DNA of 36,214 nucleotides, taken from the NCBI GenBank assembly GCA_964354485.1, contig CAYGZY010000044.1:1-36214 (forward strand). The letters run 5' to 3'. Under the pieces are notes generated by a model. It worked only from the letters and a program-made list of their open reading frames with translations. It was not told where the DNA came from and searched no databases. Below, in pieces: positions 26,668-36,184 of the stretch. This DNA is from an uncultured Chlorobiaceae bacterium. Its GTDB lineage: Bacteria; Bacteroidota; Ignavibacteria; UBA10030; SZUA-254. Both the position numbers and the translations under genes were made by a program. The first letter of the stretch is position 1. Each line of letters starts with the position of its first letter.

Positions 26668-27339
26668 TTACTTCCTATTAAAGATTTGGAGGCGAGTAAG
26701 GCGATGCTCCGTTCCGGCCAGCAGGCGTTTTATATTTGCGCGATGCGTATAAAGAATAAGGATGGAAATTCCGATGCTGAAAAATATAAGCGTGTGGTAT
26801 CCCTGGAGATAACCTTTAAATATATTGTGGCGGAAAAACATTGCCAACGGAAGTGCGAAAGCACTGGCAATCGATCCGAGTGAAACGTACCGGGACAGAA
26901 TAAAGACGATGAGAAATATTCCCAGAGTCACCAATACTTCTATGGTAGCTAGACCCAGAAGGACGCCTCCTGCGGTTGCAATCCCTTTCCCACCGCGAAA
27001 ACCACCGAAGACCGTCCAGATATGACCAACAATCGCAGCACAACCGGCGATGATACGGATAACGGTAATATCTTCGAACGGCGTGATGTTTTCGAATGGC
27101 ACAGGCCCAACCATCAGTCTTGTGACCTCCATTGTAGCGATGTATCCCTTAAAAATATCAAAGGCAATAACGAAAAGACCGATTTCCCAGCCGAGCATCC
27201 GAATAACATTCGTTCCACCGGCATTGCCGCTTCCATAATTCCGAATATCAATTCCCTTAACGAGTTTTGTTACGACAATACTCGTGGGAAATGAACCAAC
27301 GAGATAACTAAGTAAAACGACTAATAGTAAGGTTACCAT
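26668..27339 (-). CDS. plsY: Glycerol-3-phosphate acyltransferase PlsY
   Basis: YLVGSFPTSIVV..., GSGNAGGTNV, FRGGKGIATAGG; multi-TM, 223 aa. Confidence 0.95.
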   Translation of the reverse strand: MVTLLLVVLLSYLVGSFPTSIVVTKLVKGIDIRNYGSGNAGGTNVIRMLGWEIGLFVIAFDIFKGYIATMEVTRLMVGPVPFENITPFEDITVIRIIAGCAAIVGHIWTVFGGFRGGKGIATAGGVLLGLATIEVLVTLGIFLIVFILSRYVSLGSIASAFALPLAMFFRHNIFKGYLQGYHTLIFFSIGISILILYTHRANIKRLLAGTEHRLTRLQIFNRK

Positions 27340-27393
27340 TCGATATCAGTTTTCGTAATCCTATTAGTAAGATAGGAGAAAATTTTTAAAGAA

Positions 27394-28113
27394 TCAATCC
27401 GTTTCATTCGAGGATATCTGTCTATCGGCTATAAACTCGGCAATCTGCATGTCTTCAGGCGTCGTAATCTTGATGTTGTTGTAGTCTCCCTCAACGATTG
27501 TGACTCCCACGCCGAGCCTTTCGACCAGACTTGAATCATCTGTACCAATAAAGTTCACCTTAGATGCCTCCTCGAATGCCCTCGCCAGGAGCCCGCAGGT
27601 AAAAGCCTGAGGGGTCTGTGCTATCCAGAGTTGTTCCCTTTCGGGCGTGTCCCGGATAATTCGCTTGCCATCAGCTATCTTGATTGTATCCTTTACGCGG
27701 ACACCGGCGATCGCCGCTCCCGTGATATCGACGGCTTCAAGAACAGACCGAATAGTACTTAGTGTGACAAAAGGACGGACGGCATCATGAACGATTACGA
27801 TATCGGCAGAAGCTTCTTTCAGAATTCTGAGACAATTTCTCACAGAATTCTGCCGTTCTGCTCCTCCATCCACAATCCTGAACACTTTGGTGAGCCGGTA
27901 TTCATGGATTAACTGCATCAGTTTTTCCCGATATGAAGGTTCAACAGCAACGACTATCGCATCAATCTCAGTGCATTGCTGAAATCGTAGCAGGGTGTGG
28001 ACGAGGACGGGTTTTCCCTTAAGCTCCAGGAACTGTTTGCTCTCGACTCCACCCAGCCGTGTACCTTTTCCGGCCGCAGGGATAATGACGCCAACTTTTT
28101 TTTTGCCGGACAT
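27394..28113 (-). CDS. ispD: 2-C-methyl-D-erythritol 4-phosphate cytidylyltransferase
   Basis: VIIPAAGKGTRLG, VHDAVRPF, QTPQAF; 239 aa. Confidence 0.95.
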   Translation of the reverse strand: MSGKKKVGVIIPAAGKGTRLGGVESKQFLELKGKPVLVHTLLRFQQCTEIDAIVVAVEPSYREKLMQLIHEYRLTKVFRIVDGGAERQNSVRNCLRILKEASADIVIVHDAVRPFVTLSTIRSVLEAVDITGAAIAGVRVKDTIKIADGKRIIRDTPEREQLWIAQTPQAFTCGLLARAFEEASKVNFIGTDDSSLVERLGVGVTIVEGDYNNIKITTPEDMQIAEFIADRQISSNETD

Positions 28114-28122
28114 GATTACCCT

Positions 28123-29169
28123 TCAGATGATCAGCATGGCATCGCCGTAGCTGAAGAACCGCCATTTCTCTTTCATTGCCTTCTTATATGCTTTCATGAT
28201 AAAATCTCTTCCCCCGAAAGCACAGGACAGCATGAGGAGCGTCGATTCAGGCATGTGGAAATTCGTTATGAGCCTGTCGACGATCTTGAAGTCGTACGGC
28301 GGAAAAATGAACTTATCCGTCCAGCCATGAAATATCTTTAGGTGACCTGTCGTGGTAACTGAGGATTCAACGGCACGCGATGAACTCGTCCCGGCGACAA
28401 ACACCGTTCCGCGGCTGTCAATAGTTCTGTTCACGATATCTACGGACGCCTGAGAAATTTCATAGTACTCGGAATCCATTTTATGTTTCGAGAGATCCTC
28501 CACTTCCACCGGCCTGAACGATCCCAGACCCAGGTGGAGCGTAACCGGAGCAACTTTGACACCTTTCCTCTCAAGCGCGGTCAATAGTCGTTTCGTGAAG
28601 TGCAATCCGGCAGTCGGAGCCGCAACTGACCCGATGTTCTTCGCATATACCGTCTGGTACGAATCTTTGTCATCGTCGACGGCATCCCGCTTGATATAGT
28701 ACGGCAGGGGTGTAACGCCGATCCTTTCAATAACCTTGAAGAGATCGTTTTTATAGTTGAAGCGGACAGTTCTTCCCCTCGATGTCGTATTATCGATGAC
28801 TTCACACCATATTTTCCCGTCGTCGAAGTAAATTTTATTGCCGATCCTGACTTTCCGTGCGGGGTCGACTATAACATCCCAGATAGCATCGTCGTGGTTT
28901 AACTCACGCAGGAGGAACACTTCGATTTTGGCGTTTGTTTTTTCCTTACGTCCGAAGAGGCGCGCCGGGAAAACTTTCGTCTGATTGACGATAAGACAGT
29001 CACCCCTGTTGAAATACTCGGCGACATCGCTGAACCGTTTTTCTACAATAGACTCATCCGCGCGGTTGAGCACCATAAGCCTGGATGAATCGCGCGGCTT
29101 TGCCGGGTGCTTTGCAATCAAATTGCGTGGGAGCGGATACTTGAAATCAGAAAGTTTCATACTTCGCAA
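28123..29169 (-). CDS. queA: S-adenosylmethionine:tRNA ribosyltransferase-isomerase
   Basis: FKYPLPRNLIAKHPAKPRDSSRLMVL, SVAAPTAGLHFT, VAGTSSSRAVES, FFSYGDAMLI; 348 aa. Confidence 0.95.
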   Translation of the reverse strand: MRSMKLSDFKYPLPRNLIAKHPAKPRDSSRLMVLNRADESIVEKRFSDVAEYFNRGDCLIVNQTKVFPARLFGRKEKTNAKIEVFLLRELNHDDAIWDVIVDPARKVRIGNKIYFDDGKIWCEVIDNTTSRGRTVRFNYKNDLFKVIERIGVTPLPYYIKRDAVDDDKDSYQTVYAKNIGSVAAPTAGLHFTKRLLTALERKGVKVAPVTLHLGLGSFRPVEVEDLSKHKMDSEYYEISQASVDIVNRTIDSRGTVFVAGTSSSRAVESSVTTTGHLKIFHGWTDKFIFPPYDFKIVDRLITNFHMPESTLLMLSCAFGGRDFIMKAYKKAMKEKWRFFSYGDAMLII

Positions 29170-29216
29170 CCTTCCAAAATATTACTCTATGTGGTCTGTG
29201 AATACTAATCCTTTTG

Positions 29217-31991
29217 TCATTTCCTTCTCGGTGATTTATTTCGCCGAGTCTTTACCCTTTTTGTGTAGCGGATTGCCGCCTGTGCTGCTGCTAATCGCGC
29301 AATCGGAACACGGAATGGTGAGCAGCTGACGTAATCCATCCCAGCGCAGTGGCAGAATTCCACCGAGCGAGGGTCACCACCATGCTCGCCGCATATGCCT
29401 ATTTCAAGGCCGGGCCTCGTTGCACGACCCCGTTTTATACTGATTTCGATAAGCTCGCCGATTCCCTCCTGGTCGATGCTCTGGAAAGGATCCTCAGGTA
29501 AAATGCCTTTTGCCAAGTAATCAGGCAAAAATCCTCCGATATCGTCACGGGAGAACCCGAAGGACATCTGGGTGAGATCATTCGTCCCGAACGAAAAGAA
29601 TTGTGCTACAACGGCGATTTGATTTGATAAAAGAGCTGCGCGTGGAATTTCAATCATAGTACCCATGAGATGTTTCATCTTCTTCATGCCGTACTTATCG
29701 AGGACCTCGCCGTAAACTTTTTTCGCGATCGCAAATTGATGATGCAATTCCTTTACGTCTGATACAACAGGAATCATAATTTCCGGATAAGGACGCTTGC
29801 CATCCTGGATCAATTCTGCGGCAGCCTCGAATACCGCCCGGATCTGCATCTCGCTTACCTCGGGGTATGTGATCCCGAGCCGTACGCCACGGTGCCCCAT
29901 CATCGGATTCGATTCGTGGAGGTTCTCTGCGCGCTTGGCGAGCTCCGTCATCGAAACCTGAAGGTCCGCTGCAAGCTGCTCCAGCTTGCCTTCGCCGCGC
30001 GGAACAAATTCATGGAGGGGCGGATCCAGCAAACGTATTACCACCGGAAAGCCATCCATGGCTTCGAGTGTTCCTTTTATGTCTTTCTTTACGTAGGGAA
30101 ATAACTCGTTGAGAGCGCGCCGTCTCTCGGGTTCGGTTTTCGACATAATCATTTTCCGCAACCGGAAGAGCGGTTCCTCAGAACCTTTTCCGTAGAACAT
30201 ATGTTCGGTGCGGAACAATCCGATACCTTCTGCCCCGAACTGACGACCCTTCCGCGCATCCTCTGGCGTATCGGCATTCGTCCGTACACCGAGGTTACGC
30301 AGAGAATCACACAAGATCAGAAAATCATTGAAAAGAGTATTCTCTTCCACTGCATCCATCATGGGCAGTTCACCGGCGTAGACATTTCCCTTCGTACCGT
30401 TCAGCGTTATCCAATCTCCTTCGCGGAATACTTTTCCGTCTGCAGTCATTTCCTTTTTTTTGGCATCGATGTGAACACCCCCGCAACCGACGATACAGCA
30501 TTTTCCCCAGCCTCGCGCAACGAGTGCCGCATGAGACGTCATTCCTCCGCGCGCGGTCAGAATTGCCTGCGCCGCTCTCATTCCTTCGACATCCTCCGGA
30601 TTCGTCTCTTCGCGTACCAATATCACCTTCTTGCCTTGTTTGTTCCATTCTACGGCGACATTCGCAGAAAACACTATCTGCCCGGATGCACCGCCGGGAC
30701 CGGCAGGTAATCCTTTCGCGAGGACCTTCTGACCAATTTCAGTCTTTGGATTAATAATCGGGTGCAGGAGCTCATCCAGTTGAGATGGCGTTACCCTCAT
30801 AACTGCGGTCCGTTTATCAATGAGTTTTTCCTTCAGCATGTCAACTGCAATCTTCATGGCGGCAGGGCCATTTCTCTTTCCAACCCTGCACTGGAGCATG
30901 AAGAGCCGTCCTTTTTCGATTGTAAACTCGATATCCTGCATATCCCGGTAGTGTTTCTCCAGTCGTTGCTGGTACTCAAACAGTTCGCGGTACAGCGGTG
31001 GCATTGCCTTCTCGAGTGTGATTAAATCCTTATTGTGCTCCGATTTTGAATATTCATTGATCGGGGCGGGTGTGCGAATACCGGCGACGACATCCTCCCC
31101 CTGTGCATTGATCAAATATTCTCCATAGAATGCTGATTCGCCGTTTCCAGGATTACGCGTGAATGCGACGCCGGTAGCTGAATCTACACCCATGTTACCG
31201 AAAACCATCGTCTGCACATTTACAGCAGTACCCCACTCATCGGGGATCCTCTCAATGCGTCTGTAACTGACGGCACGCTTTCCGTTCCACGATGAAAAAA
31301 CAGCACCGATCCCTCCCCATAACTGCTCCGAGGGATCATCAGGAAATTCTTTGCCCAGAAGTTCCCTTATCTTATCCTTAAAGAGTTTGCAGAGCATCTT
31401 CAGGTCCGCGGCAGTGAGATCGGTATCACCAGCATAACTTTTCTCACGCTTTACCTGGCTCATGATTTTTTCAAGCTGCTTCCGGATGCCTGATTCGTCA
31501 TCTTTTGGTTCAATCCCGACAGCTTTTTCCATAACGACATCCGAGTACATCATAATGAGCCGGCGATAAGCGTCGTATACGAACCGCTCGTTACCTCCGC
31601 TCTGTTTAATCAGACCCGGTATTGTCGATGCTGTAAGACCTACATTCAGAACTGTTTCCATCATTCCGGGCATGGAGCGGCGTGCACCGGAACGGACAGA
31701 CACGAGCAGCGGATTATTCGAATCTCCGAATACTCTTCCCATCAATTTTTCAATTTTTTTCAGGCTTGCATTTACTTCTTGTTTCAGTCCTTTCGGATAA
31801 GTTCTCCGATTCTTATAGAAGTAGGTACAAACTTCTGTCGTAATGGTAAATCCGGGAGGGACGGGGAGTTTGAGATCACTGTGTCCTGCCATTTCAGCGA
31901 GATTTGCTCCTTTACCACCCAGAAGATCCTTCATACTTTCCCTGCCGTCAGCTTTCTCTCCGCCAAAAAAATAAACATATCTGTGTGCCAT
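29217..31991 (-). CDS. ppdK: Pyruvate, phosphate dikinase
   Basis: GGKGANLAEM N-terminal ATP-grasp block, phospho-His motif GGMTSHAALVARGWGK, C-terminal PEP-utilising TIM barrel (FFSFGTNDLTQ, ICGEHGGDP). The track start 32000 is GTG; ATG 31991 (MAHRYVYFFGG) fits the usual PPDK N-terminus. Confidence 0.95.
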   Translation of the reverse strand: MAHRYVYFFGGEKADGRESMKDLLGGKGANLAEMAGHSDLKLPVPPGFTITTEVCTYFYKNRRTYPKGLKQEVNASLKKIEKLMGRVFGDSNNPLLVSVRSGARRSMPGMMETVLNVGLTASTIPGLIKQSGGNERFVYDAYRRLIMMYSDVVMEKAVGIEPKDDESGIRKQLEKIMSQVKREKSYAGDTDLTAADLKMLCKLFKDKIRELLGKEFPDDPSEQLWGGIGAVFSSWNGKRAVSYRRIERIPDEWGTAVNVQTMVFGNMGVDSATGVAFTRNPGNGESAFYGEYLINAQGEDVVAGIRTPAPINEYSKSEHNKDLITLEKAMPPLYRELFEYQQRLEKHYRDMQDIEFTIEKGRLFMLQCRVGKRNGPAAMKIAVDMLKEKLIDKRTAVMRVTPSQLDELLHPIINPKTEIGQKVLAKGLPAGPGGASGQIVFSANVAVEWNKQGKKVILVREETNPEDVEGMRAAQAILTARGGMTSHAALVARGWGKCCIVGCGGVHIDAKKKEMTADGKVFREGDWITLNGTKGNVYAGELPMMDAVEENTLFNDFLILCDSLRNLGVRTNADTPEDARKGRQFGAEGIGLFRTEHMFYGKGSEEPLFRLRKMIMSKTEPERRRALNELFPYVKKDIKGTLEAMDGFPVVIRLLDPPLHEFVPRGEGKLEQLAADLQVSMTELAKRAENLHESNPMMGHRGVRLGITYPEVSEMQIRAVFEAAAELIQDGKRPYPEIMIPVVSDVKELHHQFAIAKKVYGEVLDKYGMKKMKHLMGTMIEIPRAALLSNQIAVVAQFFSFGTNDLTQMSFGFSRDDIGGFLPDYLAKGILPEDPFQSIDQEGIGELIEISIKRGRATRPGLEIGICGEHGGDPRSVEFCHCAGMDYVSCSPFRVPIARLAAAQAAIRYTKRVKTRRNKSPRRK

Positions 31992-32020
31992 AACTTGCAC
32001 CCTACTGCCTTTCCTTGCTT

Positions 32021-32707
32021 TTATGAATACTGTATTGTTGATAAAAACTTGTTTCTTATCATCGTCGTCAACGGATTATCGGGATCCTTCATCCTTTCCG
32101 GATGCCATTGGAGCAGAATGCCGAATGGCAGCTCCCTGTCTAATTCCATTGCTTCAACGATCCCATCATCTGCACGCGCCGTAATCCTTAATCCAGTGCC
32201 GGGAACATCGACTCCCTGGTGATGATTTGAGTTTACCGTCCCGCCGATGACACCTGTAGTTGCATACAACAATGACGATTGATCGATCGCAATCGAGTGA
32301 TGATTTTCTATTTCTCCGACGGTTCTGTGCGATCTGTATCCGGCTTCTTCTATGTCAGGGAAAAGCGTTCCGCCAAAATGGACATTGATAAACTGCATCC
32401 CCCGGCATATTGCGAGCAAAGGCATATGCCTTGCCAGCGTTTTATCGACTACCCTCCGTTCAAAAGCATCGCGTTTCGGATCAACATCTTTTATCCGTTG
32501 ATGATTAGCGGGTCCGTTATAGAGCGACGGATCAACATCGTTCCCACCGGAGAGTAGCACGCCCTGACATCGGTTGAGTTCATCGAGATTGTCGTATATA
32601 TATGAAAGCTTTACAACCTCAACCGCTGAATTTCCCTTCATGAGCCAGTCAACGTAAAAGTTAAATTTATCCTTCGAAACCATCGTATCCGTGACGGCGA
32701 TTCTCAT
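32021..32707 (-). CDS. Class-I glutamine amidotransferase-like / peptidase C26 (gamma-glutamyl-GABA hydrolase family)
   Basis: LAICRGMQFINV (nucleophile Cys), NSNHHQGV, LLQWHPE; 228 aa. ATGA overlap with the lpxK stop (32704-32707). Confidence 0.8.
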   Translation of the reverse strand: MRIAVTDTMVSKDKFNFYVDWLMKGNSAVEVVKLSYIYDNLDELNRCQGVLLSGGNDVDPSLYNGPANHQRIKDVDPKRDAFERRVVDKTLARHMPLLAICRGMQFINVHFGGTLFPDIEEAGYRSHRTVGEIENHHSIAIDQSSLLYATTGVIGGTVNSNHHQGVDVPGTGLRITARADDGIVEAMELDRELPFGILLQWHPERMKDPDNPLTTMIRNKFLSTIQYS

Positions 32708-33735
32708 CTGATGAACTGATCTATTTTTTCATAAAGAATTTGTGACAATGCATCTTCGCCCTGAACAATGACTGCTTCAATAACAAGGCAGAGGGAAAGT
32801 TGCAGAGGAAATGCCGGCGGCACTCTGATTGATTCCAGACGAACCGCATCCTTTTCCGTAGTAACAACGAAATCCCCCTTGGTAGTTTCCAGGCTCTGGC
32901 GGATCGTGTTCAGGTCCTTTTCTCTATATATATAGTGATCGGGGTATTCATGGAACGCCAGGATTTCTATCTCAATATCTCTTAAAGTGGACAACAGATT
33001 CTCCGGATTGCCGATACCCGAGAAAACAACACACCGTTTCCCGCGCATCTGATCTACCGAGTAAGATTTGTCCAAAGCCAGCGAACGAAATCTTTTTATT
33101 TTGTACCTCATTTCAACGGTGTGTGCATCAGGTACCGGTCCTTCACTTTTTTCAATATGCGAACGGATTAGCACATCCGCACGCCGTAGCGACGAAAGGT
33201 GCTCTCTCCTTCGACCTGCGGGCAGGAGCGGAATTCCCGTGAGCTCTCGTGTTCCGTCGACCATGACAACGTCAATGTCCCTTCCCATTGAACGATGCTG
33301 AAATCCATCATCGAGGATCAAGAGCTGCGGTTTATGGTGCTTAATAACAAAATCGGCTGCGACTGCTCTTTTCTCGGCGACGACGACCATAGCCCCCGGA
33401 AAGTTTTTCGCGATCTGATACGGTTCGTCACCGGCTGTAAGAGCGTTTCCGCTGATGCTCACCCCGTCAGAGACGACCTGCATACCGCGTGTAAGTCGCT
33501 TGTAGCCGCGACTGATAACACACGGTCTGATTCCTTTGTCCATGTATCGTCTGACAAGGTACTGGACGAAAGGAGTTTTACCCGTCCCGCCGGTGGTAAT
33601 GTTCCCCACTGAAATGACAGGTACGGACGAACGAAATACCGGCATAAGCCCGAGATCATACATCAGATTCCGGATAGAAATTCCGATTCCGTATAACCAG
33701 GCAAAAGGGGTCAGTAATGTCGGTAATAATGCCAT
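32704..33735 (-). CDS. lpxK: Tetraacyldisaccharide 4'-kinase
   Basis: P-loop context VISVGNITTGGTGKTP, ISRGY, DDGFQH; 343 aa. Follows lpxB after a 6-nt gap. Confidence 0.9.
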   Translation of the reverse strand: MALLPTLLTPFAWLYGIGISIRNLMYDLGLMPVFRSSVPVISVGNITTGGTGKTPFVQYLVRRYMDKGIRPCVISRGYKRLTRGMQVVSDGVSISGNALTAGDEPYQIAKNFPGAMVVVAEKRAVAADFVIKHHKPQLLILDDGFQHRSMGRDIDVVMVDGTRELTGIPLLPAGRRREHLSSLRRADVLIRSHIEKSEGPVPDAHTVEMRYKIKRFRSLALDKSYSVDQMRGKRCVVFSGIGNPENLLSTLRDIEIEILAFHEYPDHYIYREKDLNTIRQSLETTKGDFVVTTEKDAVRLESIRVPPAFPLQLSLCLVIEAVIVQGEDALSQILYEKIDQFIR

Positions 33736-33741
33736 ATACGT

Positions 33742-34881
33742 TTACAACACATACGATAATATTTTTTCCGCAACACGCTTCGACGCACCTTTTGTACCAA
33801 GTCGTTCACGAATTATCCCGAGTTTTTGGGAGATTTCCTTCCGACGCCGGTCATTCTCAACCAGCGACCTTATCTCACGCACGATTCTATCCGGTCTGAC
33901 CTGCGCCTGTATAAGTTCCGGGACTATAGTTTCCCCTGCCACGATGTTTACTAATCCGATATTTTTAATTTTCACGAGCAGCCGGCCGATAAGATACGAC
34001 AGCCATGACGTCCTATAGACGATGACCATCGGAGTTTGATAGTAACCAATTTCCAGTGTTGCAGTCCCGGAGGTTACAATCGCACAATCGGAATTTTTCA
34101 TGAGATCGTAAGTGGCATGCTGGACGATCGTTACTGGGAAATCATTCCGGAGAAAGGATTTTACATAGTCGACATCGATAGCCGATGAAACACCGACTGC
34201 CGTCTGCATGCCGTAAGTGTTATTGAGAATACGCGCTGCCCCCAGCATGGAGGGGAATATTTTTTCGAGTTCCTGTCTCCGGCTTCCCGGAAAGAGCCCG
34301 AGTATAAATTTTCCGTTCTCAAGACCGAAACGGGTACAAAATTGTTTACGATCGAGGGGTTCGGTAAAAACCTCAAGCAAGGGGTGTCCGACAAATTCAA
34401 CATCAACACCCTTTTTTGCATAGAATTCGACTTCAAACGGAAAGACAACCAGCATTGCATCTACATTTGCCCTGATTTTGTCTACGCGCCCGGGGTTCCA
34501 TGCCCAGACCTGCGGACTAATGTAGTAAATAACCTTTATACCTTCACGTTTCGCCTGTTCGGCAAACCGCAGGTTGAATCCTGGGTAATCGATAAGGAGA
34601 ACAGCATCAGGGCGCCTGACTTTCAGCAGTACCGACAGCGTTTTCGCAACAGATTTTATGACGGGGAGATTTTGCAAGACCTCCCAGAATCCCATTATGG
34701 CAACTTCGCGAACGTGGTAGATCAATTCCATACCCTCGGCGTGCATCTTATCGCCGCCGATGCCGTAGATCATGCAATTGGGCAGAGATTTCTTCAATTC
34801 GCGTACAACACCCGCGCCGTGAAGATCTCCTGAGGCTTCACCCGCAATGATCAGTATTCTCTTTACGCTACTGCCTGACAT
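33742..34881 (-). CDS. lpxB: Lipid-A-disaccharide synthase
   Basis: ILIIAGEASGDLHGA, ISPQVWAW, GTATLE; 379 aa. Confidence 0.9.
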   Translation of the reverse strand: MSGSSVKRILIIAGEASGDLHGAGVVRELKKSLPNCMIYGIGGDKMHAEGMELIYHVREVAIMGFWEVLQNLPVIKSVAKTLSVLLKVRRPDAVLLIDYPGFNLRFAEQAKREGIKVIYYISPQVWAWNPGRVDKIRANVDAMLVVFPFEVEFYAKKGVDVEFVGHPLLEVFTEPLDRKQFCTRFGLENGKFILGLFPGSRRQELEKIFPSMLGAARILNNTYGMQTAVGVSSAIDVDYVKSFLRNDFPVTIVQHATYDLMKNSDCAIVTSGTATLEIGYYQTPMVIVYRTSWLSYLIGRLLVKIKNIGLVNIVAGETIVPELIQAQVRPDRIVREIRSLVENDRRRKEISQKLGIIRERLGTKGASKRVAEKILSYVL

Positions 34882-35443
34882 ACCACAAAATTACCATGCT
34901 GAGAATGAGAATTCCTATTGCCTGCAGTGTTCTTTTCTCGGATCCGAATCCTTTCTTCCAGGAAAGTTTCGGCTGTGAAAGTTCCGATTGCCCGTACTTC
35001 TTCAGGGTCGGGACGAAGCGCGGAACCGACCGGACGTATTGGAGGTATTGTTCTCCGAATTTTTTCAGCAACGCTTCTTCCTCAAGACTAACAATGAGAG
35101 TATACTGAAGATAGAAGTATATCAATCCGATGATCGCAAGCCCCGGCATATTCGCCATGATCCCGATTCCGAAATACATTATTATATTACCCATGTAAAG
35201 CGGATTACGAACGTACGCAAAGGGACCAACCGTCACGAGGAATGTACCGCCGACGGGTCCCGTAGTTCTCGTTTCACTGCCCGCAATCGCTACGCCCCAC
35301 AACCGGACACATTCGCCGGCGATCACTAGGAGAAATCCTACAGCCATACTCAGGATCGTCGGCCGGGCAATAAATGCGATAATAATCAGGTACGGGATCG
35401 GGGTATAACTCCGATAGCGAAATAACCGCTGACGAAAATCCAC
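34868..35443 (-). CDS. Isoprenylcysteine carboxyl methyltransferase (ICMT/PEMT) family membrane methyltransferase
   Basis: Polytopic 191-aa ORF with LVTVGPFAYVRNPLYMGN and the C-terminal EEEALLKKFGEQYLQYVRSVPRF block typical of the ICMT/Ste14 family. GTG start abuts the upstream stop, and its 3' end overlaps the lpxB start by 14 nt. Confidence 0.8.
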   Translation of the reverse strand: MDFRQRLFRYRSYTPIPYLIIIAFIARPTILSMAVGFLLVIAGECVRLWGVAIAGSETRTTGPVGGTFLVTVGPFAYVRNPLYMGNIIMYFGIGIMANMPGLAIIGLIYFYLQYTLIVSLEEEALLKKFGEQYLQYVRSVPRFVPTLKKYGQSELSQPKLSWKKGFGSEKRTLQAIGILILSMVILWYVRQ

Positions 35444-36184
35444 CTATCCTCCGATGAAAACATCACGGCAGGCAAGCTGCGCCTGTCGTCTTTTTTTAAA
35501 TCTCGCTTTACCAGTCAAAGTTTTTCCACTTGTTTTACCTTGCAGGAGACGGAGCACATCGGAAAACGATCCGTATTCAGTATGTGGAATTTTTTCCTGA
35601 CGGCAGAAGCGAAGTAATTCATCCTTCGCAAACACAACATCGGCATATCTTACCGGACAAAAGTCCGAGTATCCCTCACCAACATAAACGATAAAATCCT
35701 CATCAGCGCTCCGTGTCAGCATGATATTTCGTTTACAACATGCACACCGGTCGCATTCTTCATCTGCATGTGGAAACGAGAGACTGAGAGTGACCATTCC
35801 ATCACGGTCAATCGGAATCAGTTCCAGATGGTTCGCGTAGAATGGAATGTGCTGAATTCTGTTGTGTTCCAATATTTTTTCAATGTAATAATCCATCCCA
35901 TCGCTCACGATGCAGCATTCAAAACCGCTTTTTTCACAAAAAAGAAGAAAATCCTTTACCGAGGAATCTATTTCTTGGTTCCGGATAAACTCGTCAAACT
36001 GGCTTTTTTTAATTTCTCCACATGCTTCTGATTCCAAACGAAAACAGGAAATTGCGGAAATAATACCGCGGTGGTAATCCGCAACAAAGGATTGACATAT
36101 TGCTCCGCCGAACCTCTCAAAGAGTACGTCGCCGACATCGTATTTCGTAATAGTTCCGTCAAAATCTATAAAAATCTTTACCAT
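35444..36184 (-). CDS. HAD-IB phosphatase, MtnX / PHOSPHO-type subfamily
   Basis: N-terminal IFIDFDGTITKYD (DxDGT nucleophile motif), VSDGMDYY, Cys cluster CDRCACCKRN comparable to CSNQCGCCKPS of B. subtilis MtnX, and VGEGYSD. 246 aa. Confidence 0.68.
   Translation of the reverse strand: MVKIFIDFDGTITKYDVGDVLFERFGGAICQSFVADYHRGIISAISCFRLESEACGEIKKSQFDEFIRNQEIDSSVKDFLLFCEKSGFECCIVSDGMDYYIEKILEHNRIQHIPFYANHLELIPIDRDGMVTLSLSFPHADEECDRCACCKRNIMLTRSADEDFIVYVGEGYSDFCPVRYADVVFAKDELLRFCRQEKIPHTEYGSFSDVLRLLQGKTSGKTLTGKARFKKRRQAQLACRDVFIGG

Noticed and set aside
30201-30710. 169-aa plus-strand ORF, plus similar ones at 33536-34018 and 34342-34833
   Set aside because: They are antisense shadow frames inside ppdK, lpxK/lpxB and lpxB respectively.
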